Counted from the first letter of the whole stretch, positions 1-14,449 are shown. The stretch: 63,109 nucleotides of DNA, filler included, from Octopus bimaculoides (GCF_001194135.2; 6 parts of 5 records of this genome joined end to end with filler, not necessarily neighbours in it), one strand, 5' to 3'. The notes: generated by a model not told the origin, from the sequence alone. Program-made: numbers and translations.

Positions 1-603
1 TATATATATATATATATATCTATATATATTTATATATTTATATATATATACATATATATATTTATATATTTTATATATTTATTTATATATATATGACTTG
101 AATGTATGTATATATGATAATATAAATAGAATGTGAAAAGTTCAGTGATTATTTATAAATTCATTATACATATAATGAACTATTGTTTTCCGTTATCATT
201 AAATATATATGCATACAACTCAAACAAATATACATGAAAATATGAATGTCTTTTCAAATAAATTGTGCATATTTATATAATACCTGTAGATTACCTATTA
301 TATCCCTCTCTCACTCTCTGATCTCACACACACACACGTACATATATTACATATACAGATACATACATACATACATAAATACATATATATATATATATAT
401 AGATGTATTATTTTAAATATATATAAATATCTGTATGCGCATATGTATATATATATACACAGACACACACACACACTCTCTCTCTCTCACTCACTCGCCT
501 GCATGTACATAAATTTTATGCTAATAAGGTATAACTCATGAAGTAATATTTATATAAAAATATGTCCACATACATATAATCTATATTAATGCACATATTC
601 CTC

Positions 604-660
604 GGTCAACTCGTCCAACCCATGCTAGCATGGAAAGCGGACGTTAAACGATGATGATGA
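604..660 (+). mobile_element. RTE-clade LINE extreme 3' end (family A) with (GAT)n tail
   Basis: GTCCAACCCATGCTAGCATGGAAAGCGGACGTTAAACG(ATG)n is the reverse complement of 1268-1330 and recurs at 43238-43300 and, diverged, at 44848-44913. Confidence 0.8.
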
Positions 661-937
661 GTTCTATGTAAATAAGTATATATTTTTGGCATATATGTAA
701 CCTTATATATGGACGCACATACGCAAACACACATATGGAGACACGCACATATACACACTCCACATTTGTTTAAATGCCCCAAAATATACATGGATATAGG
801 TTTTGTGTGCGTAATTTAGTATGTATACTGCTCATAAAATTAAGTTATATTCAGAGTACATGGATACATGCATAATGTTATCATGTATAATAGTCGTTCA
901 ACATCGATTTCTCCACTGTTTTGTGTATAATCTTTAA

Positions 938-1038
<101 letters not shown>

Positions 1039-1267
1039 GATATATACATGCACACACACATACATGAATATATATGTGTGTATATATAGAGAGAAACGGT
1101 GTAAGAGTATCATTTATGTAAAGTTTGGTCATACATGTAAATGCCTTTATAGAAGTGTGTATACATATACACAAAAACAAAGGTCGTATATATAGGTATG
1201 TATAAGTATTGTATGTATTATGTATTTACATATAAAATACATACACATATACATTGTATGCAAATAT

Positions 1268-1883
1268 ATCATCATCATCATCATCATCCTCGTTTAACGT
1301 CCGCTTTCCATGCTAGCATGGGTTGGACGATTTGACTGAGGACCGGTGAAACCGGATGGCAACACCAGGCTCCAGTCTGATTTGGCAGAGTTTATACAGC
1401 TGGATGCCCTTCCTAACGCCAACCACTCAGAGAGTGTAGTGGGTGCTTTTACGTGTCACCCGCACGAAAACGGCCACGCTCGAAATGGTGTCTTTTATGT
1501 GCCNNNNNNNNNNNNNNNNNNNNNNNNNNNNNNNNNNNNNNNNNNNNNNNNNNNNNNNNNNNNNNNNNNNNNNNNNNNNNNNNNNNNNNNNNCCCGCACA
1601 AGCCAGTCCAGGGGCACTGGCAACGATCTCGCTCGAAAATCCTACAGGAGCCAGTCAGGCGGTACTGGCAACGGCCACGCTCAAAATGGTGCATCTCATG
1701 TGCCACCCGCACAAGAACCAGTCCAGGGGCACTGGCAACGATCTTACTTGGCTTGCCGGGTCTTCTCACGCACAGCCCATTTCCAAAGGTCTCGGTCCGT
1801 AGTCATCGCCTCGGTGAGGCCCAATGTACGAAGGTCTTGCCTCACCACCTCAGCCCAGGTCTTCCTGGGCCTACCTCTTCCAC
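1268..1883 (-). mobile_element. 5'-truncated RTE-clade LINE (family A): ORF C-terminus, 3'UTR with internal subrepeats, (GAT)n tail
   Basis: Minus strand 1883-1745 translates to GRGRPRKTWAEVVRQDLRTLGLTEAMTTDRDLWKWAVREKTRQAK*, the typical RTE C-terminal RGRP..TW...V..DL...DR..W motif; the (CAT)n run at 1268-1290 is the tail; contains an N gap. Confidence 0.85.
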
Positions 1884-2139
1884 ATGCACACATATAAAAT
1901 ACAAAGAGACATATATGTAAAAGAAAAGAGTTTATGCATATGAGTGTATATAGAAAAGAGTTTATGTATATGCATCTATAAATGGGCTCAGGCTCTTTCC
2001 TGAAAAATGCGTACCTATAATCTTATTAATACCAATTTTGTGCTCTATGAAATGAAACTCATTCAAGACTATACACTTATATATACTTGGACTTCTCTGG
2101 AAATGTATACAGGAGTATGCATAATATATGTATATATAT

Positions 2140-2283
<144 letters not shown>

Positions 2284-2379
2284 TGTATATACAGATAATT
2301 AAATATATATCTGTGTACATCCACCAATTTACCTACATGTATTTTTATGTGCACATATATCTATCATATATACATACTT

Positions 2380-2418
<39 letters not shown>

Positions 2419-2637
2419 TATACATACACACACATTTATATATATTGCAGCGTGTATAGATATTCTTGCATTGCTTTAATTTCATGACAAAGCACATTCT
2501 GAGAACTGAGTACATGCTGTGACGCAGGCACTTTCACACCAACAAAATAACTTATATGCTTGTGTGTGTGAGAGTGGATGTGTCTGTGTTTGGGGTGAAT
2601 TGCGTATCGCAAGAAATGCACACACATACACGCGTAC

Positions 2638-2672
<35 letters not shown>

Positions 2673-3288
2673 NNNNNNNNNNNNNNNNNNNNNNNNNNNN
2701 NNNNNNNNNNNNNNNNNNNNNNNNNNNNNNNNNNNNNNNNNNNNNNNNNNNNNNNNNNNNNNNNNNNNNNNNNNNNNNNNNNNNNNNNNNNNNNNNNNNN
2801 NNNNNNNNNNNNNNNNNNNNNNNNNNNNNNNNNNNNNNNNNNNNNNNNNNNNNNNNNNNNNNNNNNNNNNNNNNNNNNNNNNNNNNNNNNNNNNNNNNNN
2901 NNNNNNNNNNNNNNNNNNNNNNNNNNNNNNNNNNNNNNNNNNNNNNNNNNNNNNNNNNNNNNNNNNNNNNNNNNNNNNNNNNNNNNNNNNNNNNNNNNNN
3001 NNNNNNNNNNNNNNNNNNNNNNNNNTATATGTGTATATAAATATATATATATATAAATATAAATGTATATAAATACATATGTATATGGAAACATATAAAC
3101 ATATATATATACATATATATGCATATGTATCCATATATATCCATATATATGCATATATATATACATATACATACATATATATATGCATAAATACACATAC
3201 ATATATATCCATATATATGCATTTATATTCATACATATGCACATATATATATACATGTATGTGTACACACGCATATATATCTATACAT

Positions 3289-3343
<55 letters not shown>

Positions 3344-3804
3344 AACGCACACATTTATAAACACACACACATATCTATAAACACACAAATAGTTATAAAC
3401 ACACATATATATACATATATATATATACACATATATGTATATATATTATAAGGAATATCGAGAGTTTGAACACAGAAAATCAATTTATTTATATAACAGT
3501 CAATTTCATATCTCCTACATATGTTTCAATTTCTTACTTTCATTCATATTTTGCAAGTATTATTGCATTTTACATTTAGAATGTAAAAATCTCATCAGGG
3601 CAAAAATTGACAAAAATCCATTCTCATCCCAATGGATAGAGAGTTGCTTACCAGCTAAAATAGCAGCATGCCTTTATGTGTTTGTTTGTGTCAACATGTG
3701 TGTCTTCTGGATTCACTTCTGAAAATAGCTTGGGGTTAAACTACAACCACAATGGACAATGGTTAGGTGGGTAAAATACTTCTCTGTTATTGAGAATCTT
3801 TATA

Positions 3805-3805
<1 letters not shown>

Positions 3806-3862
<57 letters not shown>
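3806..3862. repeat. (CA)n microsatellite
   Basis: Direct reading. Confidence 0.98.
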
Positions 3863-3870
<8 letters not shown>

Positions 3871-4203
3871 GTATATATACTTTATATCTATATATGTAAA
3901 TACTGTATTTATATATATATTTTATCTATATATATTATTGATATATATACTTTGTAATATATAAGAGCTTTATCATATATATATATATATATACCCACAC
4001 TCAATTATTGCATACAAAATATAGAGATAAATATAATGAAGGTTTATGGTTATATAGTTTATCCTCCACAGATAAATGTAAATATATATACACACCCTTA
4101 CACACAAACTCACACATATATATGTATGTATATATATATATATATATATATACATATATATATACACATATATATATACACACACACATATATATATATA
4201 CAC

Positions 4204-4234
<31 letters not shown>

Positions 4235-4458
4235 TATATATATATATATATATACACACACATATATATATATACACACACACACATATATATATACACA
4301 CACATATATATATATACACATATATATATATACACATATATATATATATAAAACCTAAAATGAAACCAATAGTAGCCTTAATTCGCAAATAAAGAAATTC
4401 TATCCACCAATGCGGTATGAACACTCATTTTCATCATTCGACACTTACGTATACATAT

Positions 4459-4489
<31 letters not shown>

Positions 4490-4567
4490 CATACACACAC
4501 ATATATACACACACATATATACACACACATATAATGGAATAATTACTGTGAAACATAAATGTGCGTG

Positions 4568-4635
<68 letters not shown>

Positions 4636-5318
4636 TAGATATACAAGTCCATGTTTTTCTCTACATCTGTAATTCCAAAGTATAGGGAAACGAATACAGA
4701 ACGAAATAGTGCCTGTTGCTAGTACCTGTAATATAGTTTTCTTTTTTTTTTTTCACTGAGTTCCCTTTATCTGGAAACTCGGAGTAATAACTAACTGCAC
4801 AGAATCTTAACACACTACTGAATAATTTTTCAATGTCTCCCACACACATACACAGACGCCAACTCTCGTTTTCTTGGTGAACATAGCTTTGTAGGCTTGT
4901 GTGTGTGTGCGTGTGTGCTCGTGTATATGGAGAGAGAGAGAGAGAGAGAAATAGATAGACATGTAGATATCTTATGTTTTTCATGTTCAGTTATAATAAA
5001 AACTGTATATTAATATATTGGGTTATCCTGTACTTTACTAGAGTGCAGATTTATTATTCATAAACTACAATATTATTGACAGTAACTTCGAAGTTTCGGC
5101 AAGTTAAACCATCGTCGGAAAATTTCATGCGTATGTGAATGTGTGAGATTGTATGCAGTTGAATGGTGTATATTTATTAAAGTGCAACTGAGTCTTGTGG
5201 TGCTCTAATTTACAATACATAATCTCCTCTTAGTTCATAAGTGGATTTAGACAAGTATACATAATATATATATGTGTGCGTGTGTGTGTGTGTGTGTTTA
5301 TAAATTATACATATACAC

Positions 5319-5350
<32 letters not shown>

Positions 5351-5496
5351 ATATATATATACATATATGTGTATATATGTGTGTGTATAGATATATATAG
5401 ATATATATATATATATATATATGCATGTATATATATATGTATGCATATGTTATATAGTCACACAAGCACACATAGGCACTCTCTCTCTCTCACACA

Positions 5497-5548
<52 letters not shown>

Positions 5549-6499
5549 TCCCAATTTAGAATATTTGAGCCTCATTTACACTTTTCAAATATTAATATAC
5601 ACTGTGGTTTATAAATCGAAACAGGTTTAACCGGCACGTGCAGAAAATATGTAGATCCTTTGACATCTGTTCAAATAGAACTTCCTCTTAAGGTGGCATT
5701 TATAGCTGCAACAGCGTCATACTGGGGCCCTTTGACACTCATACCTGTAAAGGTATTTGTTGATTGTTACCTATGTATATTATAGAAGTATTGATAGAAT
5801 GACCATCTTCAGCTAAGACAGAATTTGCATATAATCTTTGCACATATCTGAATGCACACACACATGGACACCCTTACACACACACACACACACAGTTACA
5901 CACATACATTTGTGTGTGTGTTAATATATCTGTTTAGTCTTTTCGTATGTCTGCGCTTTTGTGTGTGTGGGTGTGTTCCCTGTGTGCATATGTGTGTGTG
6001 TGTGTGAGAGAGAGTATATGCAATGAATATAGGCTTGTGTGTATTAAAGGGCAAATATATATATATCTACATTCTTCGAGCTTTCTCTGTATATATATAT
6101 AGAGAGAGATATGCTCTATTTGCATATACACTAACAGACATATATACGCTGATCCTTTACGTTGATGTATTCTGTTTTTGTTTTGTTTTTTTTTTGTTTT
6201 TTTTGGTGGGGGGGGTCGTCTTTATTGTACTTTTCGTCCTTTAATATTTTTATTATTATTAGTTTCAAATTTAGGTGTTGTCCGATTTTGAATGGTCGGG
6301 ACGTGTCAATTTAATTTAATTTAAGTACCACTCAAGTACCGAATTACTTGAGGATTCAACTTTTAGACATTTCTTTGATAGAGAAGTTACCACCACCATT
6401 ATTGTTATTATTATTAAATAATTAAATAAATAAAATAATAATAATTGTTATCATCATCATCATCATCATCATCATCATTATTATTATTATTATTATTAT

Positions 6500-7165
6500 T
6501 CGCCCTTCGCTACGTTCTGAGTTCAATTTCTGCTGAGGTCGACATTACATTTCATCATTTCGGAGTCGATGAAATAAGTACCAGTTACGCACTGTGGTCG
6601 ATGTAACCGACTAATCCCAGCCCGCAAAATGTCAGGCCTTGTGCCTATAGTAAGAAAGGATTATTATTATCTTTAATAGCTGTCTTTATGTTCTGGGTTC
6701 AAAACACTCCGAGCTGGACTTTGTCTTTCATCCTTTCAGCGTCGATATAATAAGTACCATCCGAGCTCTAGAGTCGATGTAATCGACGTAGCACTTCACC
6801 CAAAAATTCAGCCTTTGTGCCAATAGTAGAAATGACCATTACTATCAATGTGATGGTTAAGCAAGATCGTGACAAAGCTGGAGTAAAGGTATTCCTATAT
6901 TTCTTCCAGCATCTTGCTCGTCTGTGTTCAAATGTCGAAGAGCCGCATTTGCCTTTTTCTGTCTCAGGGTTACAGACAGTTAATGTACCTGGGGTCGATG
7001 TAATCGTTAAACACCTTTCATATGACGTTTGTTCGAGAAAATATCCCAGTTGCTATTTAATCTAAAATTCAAATCTTTCCTCGGTGAATTTAACCTTTCA
7101 TCCTATACGGAGTATATATAAGAAGAATATGCCAGTAAAATAATTGGGTCGACTCACTAAACCCT
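6500..7165 (+). mobile_element. Cluster of about four head-to-tail, 5'-truncated copies of tRNA-derived SINE family C
   Basis: Repeated GTTCTGAGTTCAA..GGTCGAC..TTTCATC..GTCGAT..ATAAGTACC..GTCGATGTAATCGAC..GCCTTGTGCC..AGTAGAAA modules at about 6500-6670, 6678-6836, 6900-7012 and 7060-7165, increasingly diverged. Confidence 0.8.
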
Positions 7166-8128
7166 ACAGATGTGTGGCTTTTTGTCTATATGAAAAATGC
7201 TTATCAAGGAAATTATAATGCTGGCTACGTAAAATCGTTAGACCACCATATTAAATGCCTTGTGGCGGTAAATAGTAGCAGCTCCTTATGTTTCCAGTTC
7301 AAACTGCACTGCGGGCAAGAAAAGTATTACCTGCTAAGAATTTCTGTTCGAATTAATCGTTTGTAGGTAGCCATTTTTGTAAACTATGAATTTCTTTGGC
7401 CCATATCAAATATGATAAGTTTAGCTCTTCGAATGGATCGAATTTACCTGCTGGCTGTAAAACAAGTAGTTAAATACGTGGGTTAGTTAGGGCTCAGTAT
7501 AACATTCCTCAGAACCTGTTAAATGGGCGTGCGTGTGTGCAATGGCAAAATTGTAAGAACCTCAGAAGAAAAAGTTTGCGTTGATTGTTACAGTTTACCC
7601 TTTCTTTTTTTTTTTTTTTTCCAGACCGATTAAGCGAAATAACTCTGAGGTGCTAATATAATTGACTAACACTTTACCACTAATTTCTGATATAGTAGTC
7701 TTTTCTTTAAACGGTTATTGTTATAAATATATTTCCGTTCTTGCAGCTGCTACTCGTGAAATTAAAATGAAATACTTGAAATTAATATAAATGTAATACG
7801 TGCGAATGACGAATCTACTTGACAGACAACAGCCTTGTTAGATATAGCAGCCAAATTTAAATACCCTTCTTATCAATTAAGACGGCACCTTTTTAAAAAT
7901 ATTGAAAAAGACATAAAACAAAACCCCAACATGGTCTTAATTGTGAAGACGAAAACAAAGTGAGCATCTAAATAATTATTTGACAAGTATAATCCCGAAT
8001 ATCTTTAGATCATAGATCAACAACATTAAATAAAATAAACTATAGATCTGTAGAACAACGCTGTTTAGTGTGGTTGAGTATCAAATGTATTTAATAAAGG
8101 GATCCGCCACTATATAAATACGGAATTA

Positions 8129-8343
8129 GGATCTTGTTAAATTTGTTCTCACCACTTCAAGTAATTTCAAATTTTCAACAGATTGTTTTCAATTTTTGTA
8201 CACCGATGTAAGTTCATTCTTATTAATTTCAAGGAAGAAAGAATATGAATTACGACATCGGCATGCAGGAATACAATTTTTGAAAGTAATCTGGTGAAAA
8301 TTTGAATTACTTCAATTGGTTGGGAAAATTTTTAACAAGATCC
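8129..8343. mobile_element. Degenerate MITE/foldback with ~70-bp terminal inverted repeats
   Basis: GGATCTTGTTAAATTTG..AAGTAATTTCAAATTTTCAACAGATT (from 8129) versus AATCTGGTGAAAATTTGAATTACTT..TTTAACAAGATCC (to 8343). Confidence 0.65.
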
Positions 8344-9094
8344 CAGAATTACAGAAAACACAATTATGTATTTAATGTGCTAGGTATGTGTGCCTCCAAT
8401 ATGTGTGTATATGTGAGCTATGAGTGTGTCTGTGTGTGCGTGCGCGCACGCGTCTGTGTATGTGATTTATGAATGTGTCCGTGTGTGTCTGTGTGTCTGT
8501 GTGTATGCACGTGTGTGTGCGTGTGTACATGTCATCGTTCGTGGCCATATGGTCAACGTGTTAGAGCTACGATCATAACATCATAGTTTCGATTCTCACA
8601 CTGGGCGGCACGTATTCCTCAGTGTTCTCAGCTGAAAATAAATACCGACCGACTGCTGTTACAGTCCCGTGTCTCTCCCTCCAGCAGCCGCATCGTCGAT
8701 GGTCTACTGGGTTAAGAGGGTGGGAGAGCCGAGAATTTGTCCATGTCTGCTCAAGAATTAAACTACATAGGCACCTAAAACAATTATCGAAAGATCGGTA
8801 CATTTAACCAAGTCATACTTACTTGCGAGTGATGGCTATTCTTTATGTAACAATGACTTTTCTAATACACATATCAACAAAAACAGTCGCTCACAATTAG
8901 TGCGTCCTGCGTCACGCAATGGGACTGTAATACTTTTACATGTATAAATCATATGGTAAGGGAACCCAACGTGCCTTACACCCACGTCACAGCGATTTAA
9001 ATTTGTGTGTGTGTGTGTTCGAATACATATATAGACATGCATAGCTATATGTATATATAAACATACACATATATATGCACAAAATTTACATATA

Positions 9095-9246
9095 GGCGCA
9101 GGAGTGGCTGTGTGGTAAGTAGCTTGCCTACCAACCACATAGTCCCGTGGCATCTTGGGCAAGTGTTTTCTACTATAGCCTCAGGCCGACCAAAGCCTTG
9201 TGAGTGGATTTGGTAGACGGAAACTGAAAGAAGCCCGTCGTATATA

Positions 9247-9277
<31 letters not shown>

Positions 9278-9287
9278 NNNNNNNNNN

Positions 9288-9326
<39 letters not shown>

Positions 9327-9511
9327 TGTCCCCCTAGCATTGCTTGACAACCGATGCTGGTATGTTTATGTCCCCGTCACTTAGCGGTTCGGCAATAGAG
9401 AACGATAGAATAAGTACTAGGCTTACAAAGAATAAGTCCCGGGTTCGATTTGCTCGACTAAAGGCGGTGCTCCAGCATGGCCGCAGTCAAATGAGTGAAA
9501 CAAGTAAAAGA
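9095..9511 (+). mobile_element. tRNA-derived CORE-like SINE (family B) with central (TA)n(TG)n
   Basis: Head GGCGCAGGAGTGGCTGTGTGG contains an A-box-like TGGCTGTGTGG; CTTGGGCAAGTG resembles the CORE-SINE hallmark; the 3' half ends GAAACAAGTAAAAGAG. B-box deleted in this copy. Octopus OR1/OR2 SINEs are reported CORE-SINEs, but identity to them is not verified. Confidence 0.85.
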
Positions 9512-10061
9512 GTAACATATATACACAAAGATGCACACACATTATGGATGTATGTGAATGTTTGTGTGTGTGTGTGTGTGTATGTATATAGTATGTAGAT
9601 AGATAGATACATACATACATACATACATACATTCCAAGCTGCTGCTGCTATGTAACAATAAAAGGCAGAGACGAATGAGTGTCAAAGTGAATACAATACT
9701 ATAATCCAAGTTTGTTATTATGCTGACGTAAAACACCTTTATTGTAGGTCTCTGTGACTCTTGTAAGCTCTGTAGTCTACGGTCGTAATATTTTATATAA
9801 TAAATATATTGCTGTCATTGTTGTCATATACTTGTTGTTAGTTGATATTGTTGAAGTTGTTGTTTTCAGTGTTGATGCTCTTATCATTGTGTAATAAACT
9901 ATTTGTTTGTTTGTTTTTTTTTCTATTGTTTCCAATTATCAGTTTCGTTAAAGCACATCTTGGTATTGAGTCACGTTCCTATTTAATAAACTATGCAAAG
10001 TCATTATTAAATGTCCTCAAATAGTTGAAAATATTAGTTAATTTATTCCTCAAATATTACA

Positions 10062-10268
10062 AGGTAGTGAGCTGGCAGAATCCTGAGATTGTCGGACAAA
10101 ATACTCATCGGCATTTCTCTGGTTTTTCATCCCGAGTTCAAATTCCGGAAATGTCAACTTTGGCCTTTCCTTCTTTCGGTGTCGGAGTACTAGTTGCTCA
10201 TTGGTTTCTGTGTAATCCGTTATCCCTTTCCCCCAAAATTGCTGCCACTGTGCCAGAATTTGAAACAA
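10062..10268 (+). mobile_element. SINE family C, diverged full-length copy
   Basis: GAGCTGGCAGAATC head, GAGTTCAAATTCC B-box-like motif, CCCCAAAATT..TGTGCC 3' end. Confidence 0.8.
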
Positions 10269-10744
10269 TTCCTCAGATATCACCCTAACCTATCTTTAAA
10301 AAGGAAAGAGAGACTGAGTCGTGAAGTCGCTGATAAACAAAAGGCTGATATATTCGAAGGTGGTACATCGTATTTCAGGTCAAAACGTTTAAGGTTGATC
10401 GAAAACTACAATAGCAACTTCATCAACAACAAAATCATGTATGAACTTGCTACGAATATTATGAAGACACTGATTACAAGTGCGACGTGTAAACTATTTC
10501 AACATATTCTGTTAGAAGATACACTTAGGTTGTCATTATTGTCATTTAGCCCCCAGGTCAGCGGTGACCCAGCAGATCTTAAGGTCAAAGATTTTCTCGA
10601 AATTACTACCATTTCGTTTGCTTAGGTGTATCTACGACATATACATGTGTTCTTTGAACTGTTACATCTAGCAAGTCAAATGATCATATAAAGGACTTGT
10701 TTGTGCCTAATATAATTCCTTACAGATAAATGTGTGTTCATATG

Positions 10745-10799
<55 letters not shown>

Positions 10800-10984
10800 A
10801 AATCATGTATACATATCTATACACACACACATTTGTGTGTATGAATACATAGATAGATAGATAGATAGATAGATAGAAACACACATAAATATATATATTC
10901 TCTCTCACTCACTCTTTCTCTCAATAAATATATATCTATATATGCATAGAAGCATCCACACACATGTATATAATGAAGTTGTAT

Positions 10985-11161
10985 TGATTGTTTGCTAAGA
11001 AGCTTGCTTCCCAGCCACACTGTGCCGGGTTCAGTCCCACTGCGTAGCACTTTGGGCAAGTGCCTTCTACTATAGACACGGGTCGACCAAAGCCGTGTGA
11101 GTAGCTTTGGTAGAGGGAAGCTGAAAGAAGCCTGTCGTGTATATGTATGTATGTACGTTTG

Positions 11162-11224
<63 letters not shown>

Positions 11225-11432
11225 TTGTGTGTGTCTGTGTTTGTCCCCCTCCATCGTTTGACAACGGATGTTGATGTGTTTACGTACCCGTAACTTGGCG
11301 GTTCGGCAAAGAGACCAACAGAAATAAGTACTAGGATTACAAAGAATAAGTCCTGGGGTCGATTTGTTCGACTAAAGGCAGTGCTCCAACGTGGGGGCAG
11401 TCAGATGACTGGAACAAGTAAAAGAATAAAAG
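10985..11432 (+). mobile_element. SINE family B near-full copy
   Basis: GGGTTCAGTCCC B-box, CACTTTGGGCAAGTG core, central (TA)n, 3' half matching 9330-9511. Confidence 0.85.
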
Positions 11433-12257
11433 AATATAGTATAGTATATATTATATTAAGTGTAGTAGTGTGCAATTCCCTCTTTTACCAAAAGCCATTG
11501 ACATAAGATTGATTACTGAAAGTGCCATTACACTGGCGGTACTCCAGTATGGTCACAGACTCGAGTCTGAAACGTATAAAAGAATAAAGGTTATGTATGG
11601 ATAATATATATATATATATTTATAATGCATTCATAATCTTTATTCTTATATATATACATACGGTTGGGTTATTTATTAGACTTCTAGCTGTGGTCATCCA
11701 ATGTTTATTTCTTTATATATATCAGGTATTGCTCTGTTTATATTTTCTTCAAACCATTCTAAAGTAACATTTGAGGGAGGATGGAACAATTCTTTCTGTA
11801 TGTGCAGAGTTTAGTTAGCTGTAATTATTGTTGGTAAATAGAAACATTTCATCGTGCTCTAAGGTATTATGTCACTAAATGTACATTGAGACACAGTATA
11901 GTTGACTAAGAATAAAATCGTACGAAAACTTCTGGCATGACGGAATATAAGTGTTTAAGGTAAAATTTCCGAAAAAATATTGGAGAAGTAAAAGTATCTG
12001 TTCGAAATTTTCCGTAAAATCCTTTTTATTTCTTCAATTTTTTTCAGCAGAATCGCTTATGCGTATAAATTTTTTGTATATGTATAGATATCTGTGTATA
12101 TAAGTATATGTATGTGTTTTATGTGTATGTAGATTATATTTGTGTATATACGTGTATAGTTTTATATACATGTGCATACACAAATATACTTACATATACA
12201 CACATAATACATAAACATATGCGATTTAACTGAAAAAAAGTTTTGCATGAATATATT

Positions 12258-12460
12258 CTTTTCTACTCTAGGCACAAGGGCCGAAATTTTGGTGGAAGGG
12301 GCCAGTCGATTAGATCGAACCCAGTACGCAATTGTTACTTAATTTATCAACCCCGAAAGGATGAATGGCAAAGTCGACCTCGGCGGAATTTGAACTCAGA
12401 ACGGAACGACAGGAAATACCGTTAAGCATTTCGCTAACGTTTCTGCCAGCTCGACGCCTT
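12258..12460 (-). mobile_element. SINE family C
   Basis: Reverse complement of the consensus seen at 22975-23185 and 26313-26528. Confidence 0.88.
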
Positions 12461-12750
12461 GTTTTAAAGAAATATACTTTAAAAAAATCTTATAACCGGA
12501 CATATAGTTTCACTTCTCGTATAATTTCTTTGAAAGATTGTCGTGACTAATGATTTGTATAATTTATAACAGCCTCTGCTCTGTATGTAACTCACGAAAG
12601 TGGGTTGAGTACTGTTAGCGTTGCCCGTGATACAAAATATGAAACTAGGTATTTGTATATTTTGTACTTGAGTTCCCATAGTGTCTTATAAATATCATAG
12701 ATAATAATTTATTATAATTATTAGTATCACAATTATTATTGCTGTTGTTG

Positions 12751-12794
<44 letters not shown>

Positions 12795-12802
12795 GTTATT
12801 AA

Positions 12803-12967
12803 AGAGGTAAGCTGGCAGAATCGTTAGCACGCCGGGTGAAATGCATAACAGCATTTCGTCCGTATTTACGTTCCGAGTTCAAATTACGCAGAGGTCGATT
12901 TTTGCCTTTCATCATTTCGAGGTAACCCCCCCCCCTCCCCACAAATTTCCGGCCTTTTGCAGAAAGG

Positions 12968-12997
<30 letters not shown>
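12803..12997 (+). mobile_element. SINE family C with internal deletion and (ATT)n tail
   Basis: AGCTGGCAGAATCGTTAGCACGCCGGG..GAGTTCAAAT..GAAAGGATTATTATT. Confidence 0.85.
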
Positions 12998-13000
<3 letters not shown>

Positions 13001-13125
13001 TAGGTGATTGAATTTGTATTCGTCATCTCACTGCTATTTCTTATATTCTTAAATCGAGTTATGATACTGTTGATATCATCGCCTGAACTATTATTATTCT
13101 TTATGATTACACACACACACACACG

Positions 13126-13175
13126 ATAGATAGATAGATAGATAGGTAGATAGATAGATAGATAGATAGATAGAT
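13126..13175. repeat. (GATA)n tetranucleotide microsatellite
   Basis: Direct reading. Confidence 0.95.
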
Positions 13176-13444
13176 ACGGATCTCCTAAAGTTGTTATGGT
13201 ATGGGCGGTATATTACCTAGAAAAAAAGTACACACACACATATAGAAAAGTGTATAGAAACGTGTTATGCTATATATAATAGGTAGAGGAAAAGTCAGAT
13301 GAAAATAACTTTGACAGTAATGGAGTGTTAGAATGTTCAGACAAGGGTAAAGAACTAACGGATGGTTAGAGGTATTTACCAGTGTGTATGTGTGTAAAAG
13401 AGTGAGAGATATACAAAGAGAGTTTAAACACACACACACACACA

Positions 13445-13497
<53 letters not shown>

Positions 13498-14449
13498 NNN
13501 NNNNNNNNNNNNNNNNNNNNNNNNNNNNNNNNNNNNNNNNNNNNNNNNNNNNNNNNNNNNNNNNNNNNNNNNNNNNNNNGGGGGGGGGGTGTAAGCTACA
13601 TTTAGATTCAGTTGGGTTTCTGGTGGTTTTGGAGCCATGGTTCTGAATTTAGCAAGTAGTATTATATACTCTACGGAATCTAAATTTAGCTCCTATAGTG
13701 CCTCTAACGGTGTGAACATGCTAGCCACCTTATAATTATTACCTTATTAATATCAGTAATACCGGTAATAATACATCTTTACCTAAATATATATGTATAT
13801 ACATATATATATATATATATATATGTAGTGGTGGGGCACACATGCACGTAGACATAGAAATGTGTGTATAATCCAAGTTAAAATTAATGTTATAAATCTA
13901 TTTAAAAGTAACAATAAAAAACACCAAGCAGATCTATCTACTCTACATTGATTTGAAACCGCCATCTCAGATTGGTTTGCCGGTGGCCGGGTCGTACAAC
14001 TTTTAGCTATAATTAATTACTCAGGATCTAAATACGGTGACAATTCAATACAACACTTAATTGTGCTAATATAATTGTTTTGTGTGTAGGTGTAATTCTT
14101 TTTGTCAGTGTCTGCAAGTGTATATATATATATATATACATGTAAGTGTATTGTTGAGTGTGTGTATGTGTGTGTTAATATGTATTTACCTGTATTTTTC
14201 TCTCTATAGAAGTGTTTATGTCTGTCAGTCTGCCTGTCTAACTTGTCTGTCCTTCCAGACGTTTACTATGTCGGTCTATATGGATATCTACGGATTGTAT
14301 ACGTGCGCGCGTGTGTGTGTGTGTGAATGATCGCCAACATTTCGAATAAAAAAACAAAATAGGTGAGTGAATGACTGCATGTATATAACCATGAATGTGT
14401 GTGTGAGTATATACGCAAAGAAAAGCGCAGGTATACCTTCGTATTATAT

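Noticed and set aside
6500-7165. CRISPR-like periodic repeats
   Set aside because: Eukaryotic context; the units are long, decayed SINE copies without unique spacers or cas genes.
9095-9170. tRNA gene call for SINE heads (families B and C)
   Set aside because: A/B-box-like motifs are present, but no cloverleaf can be built and the heads continue into SINE bodies.
10194-10625. 143-aa ORF in apparently complex sequence
   Set aside because: It starts inside a SINE at a non-ATG codon, has no recognisable domain and no convincing splice sites.
13579-13589. Poly-G run
   Set aside because: It abuts an N gap and is likely a low-quality contig end.
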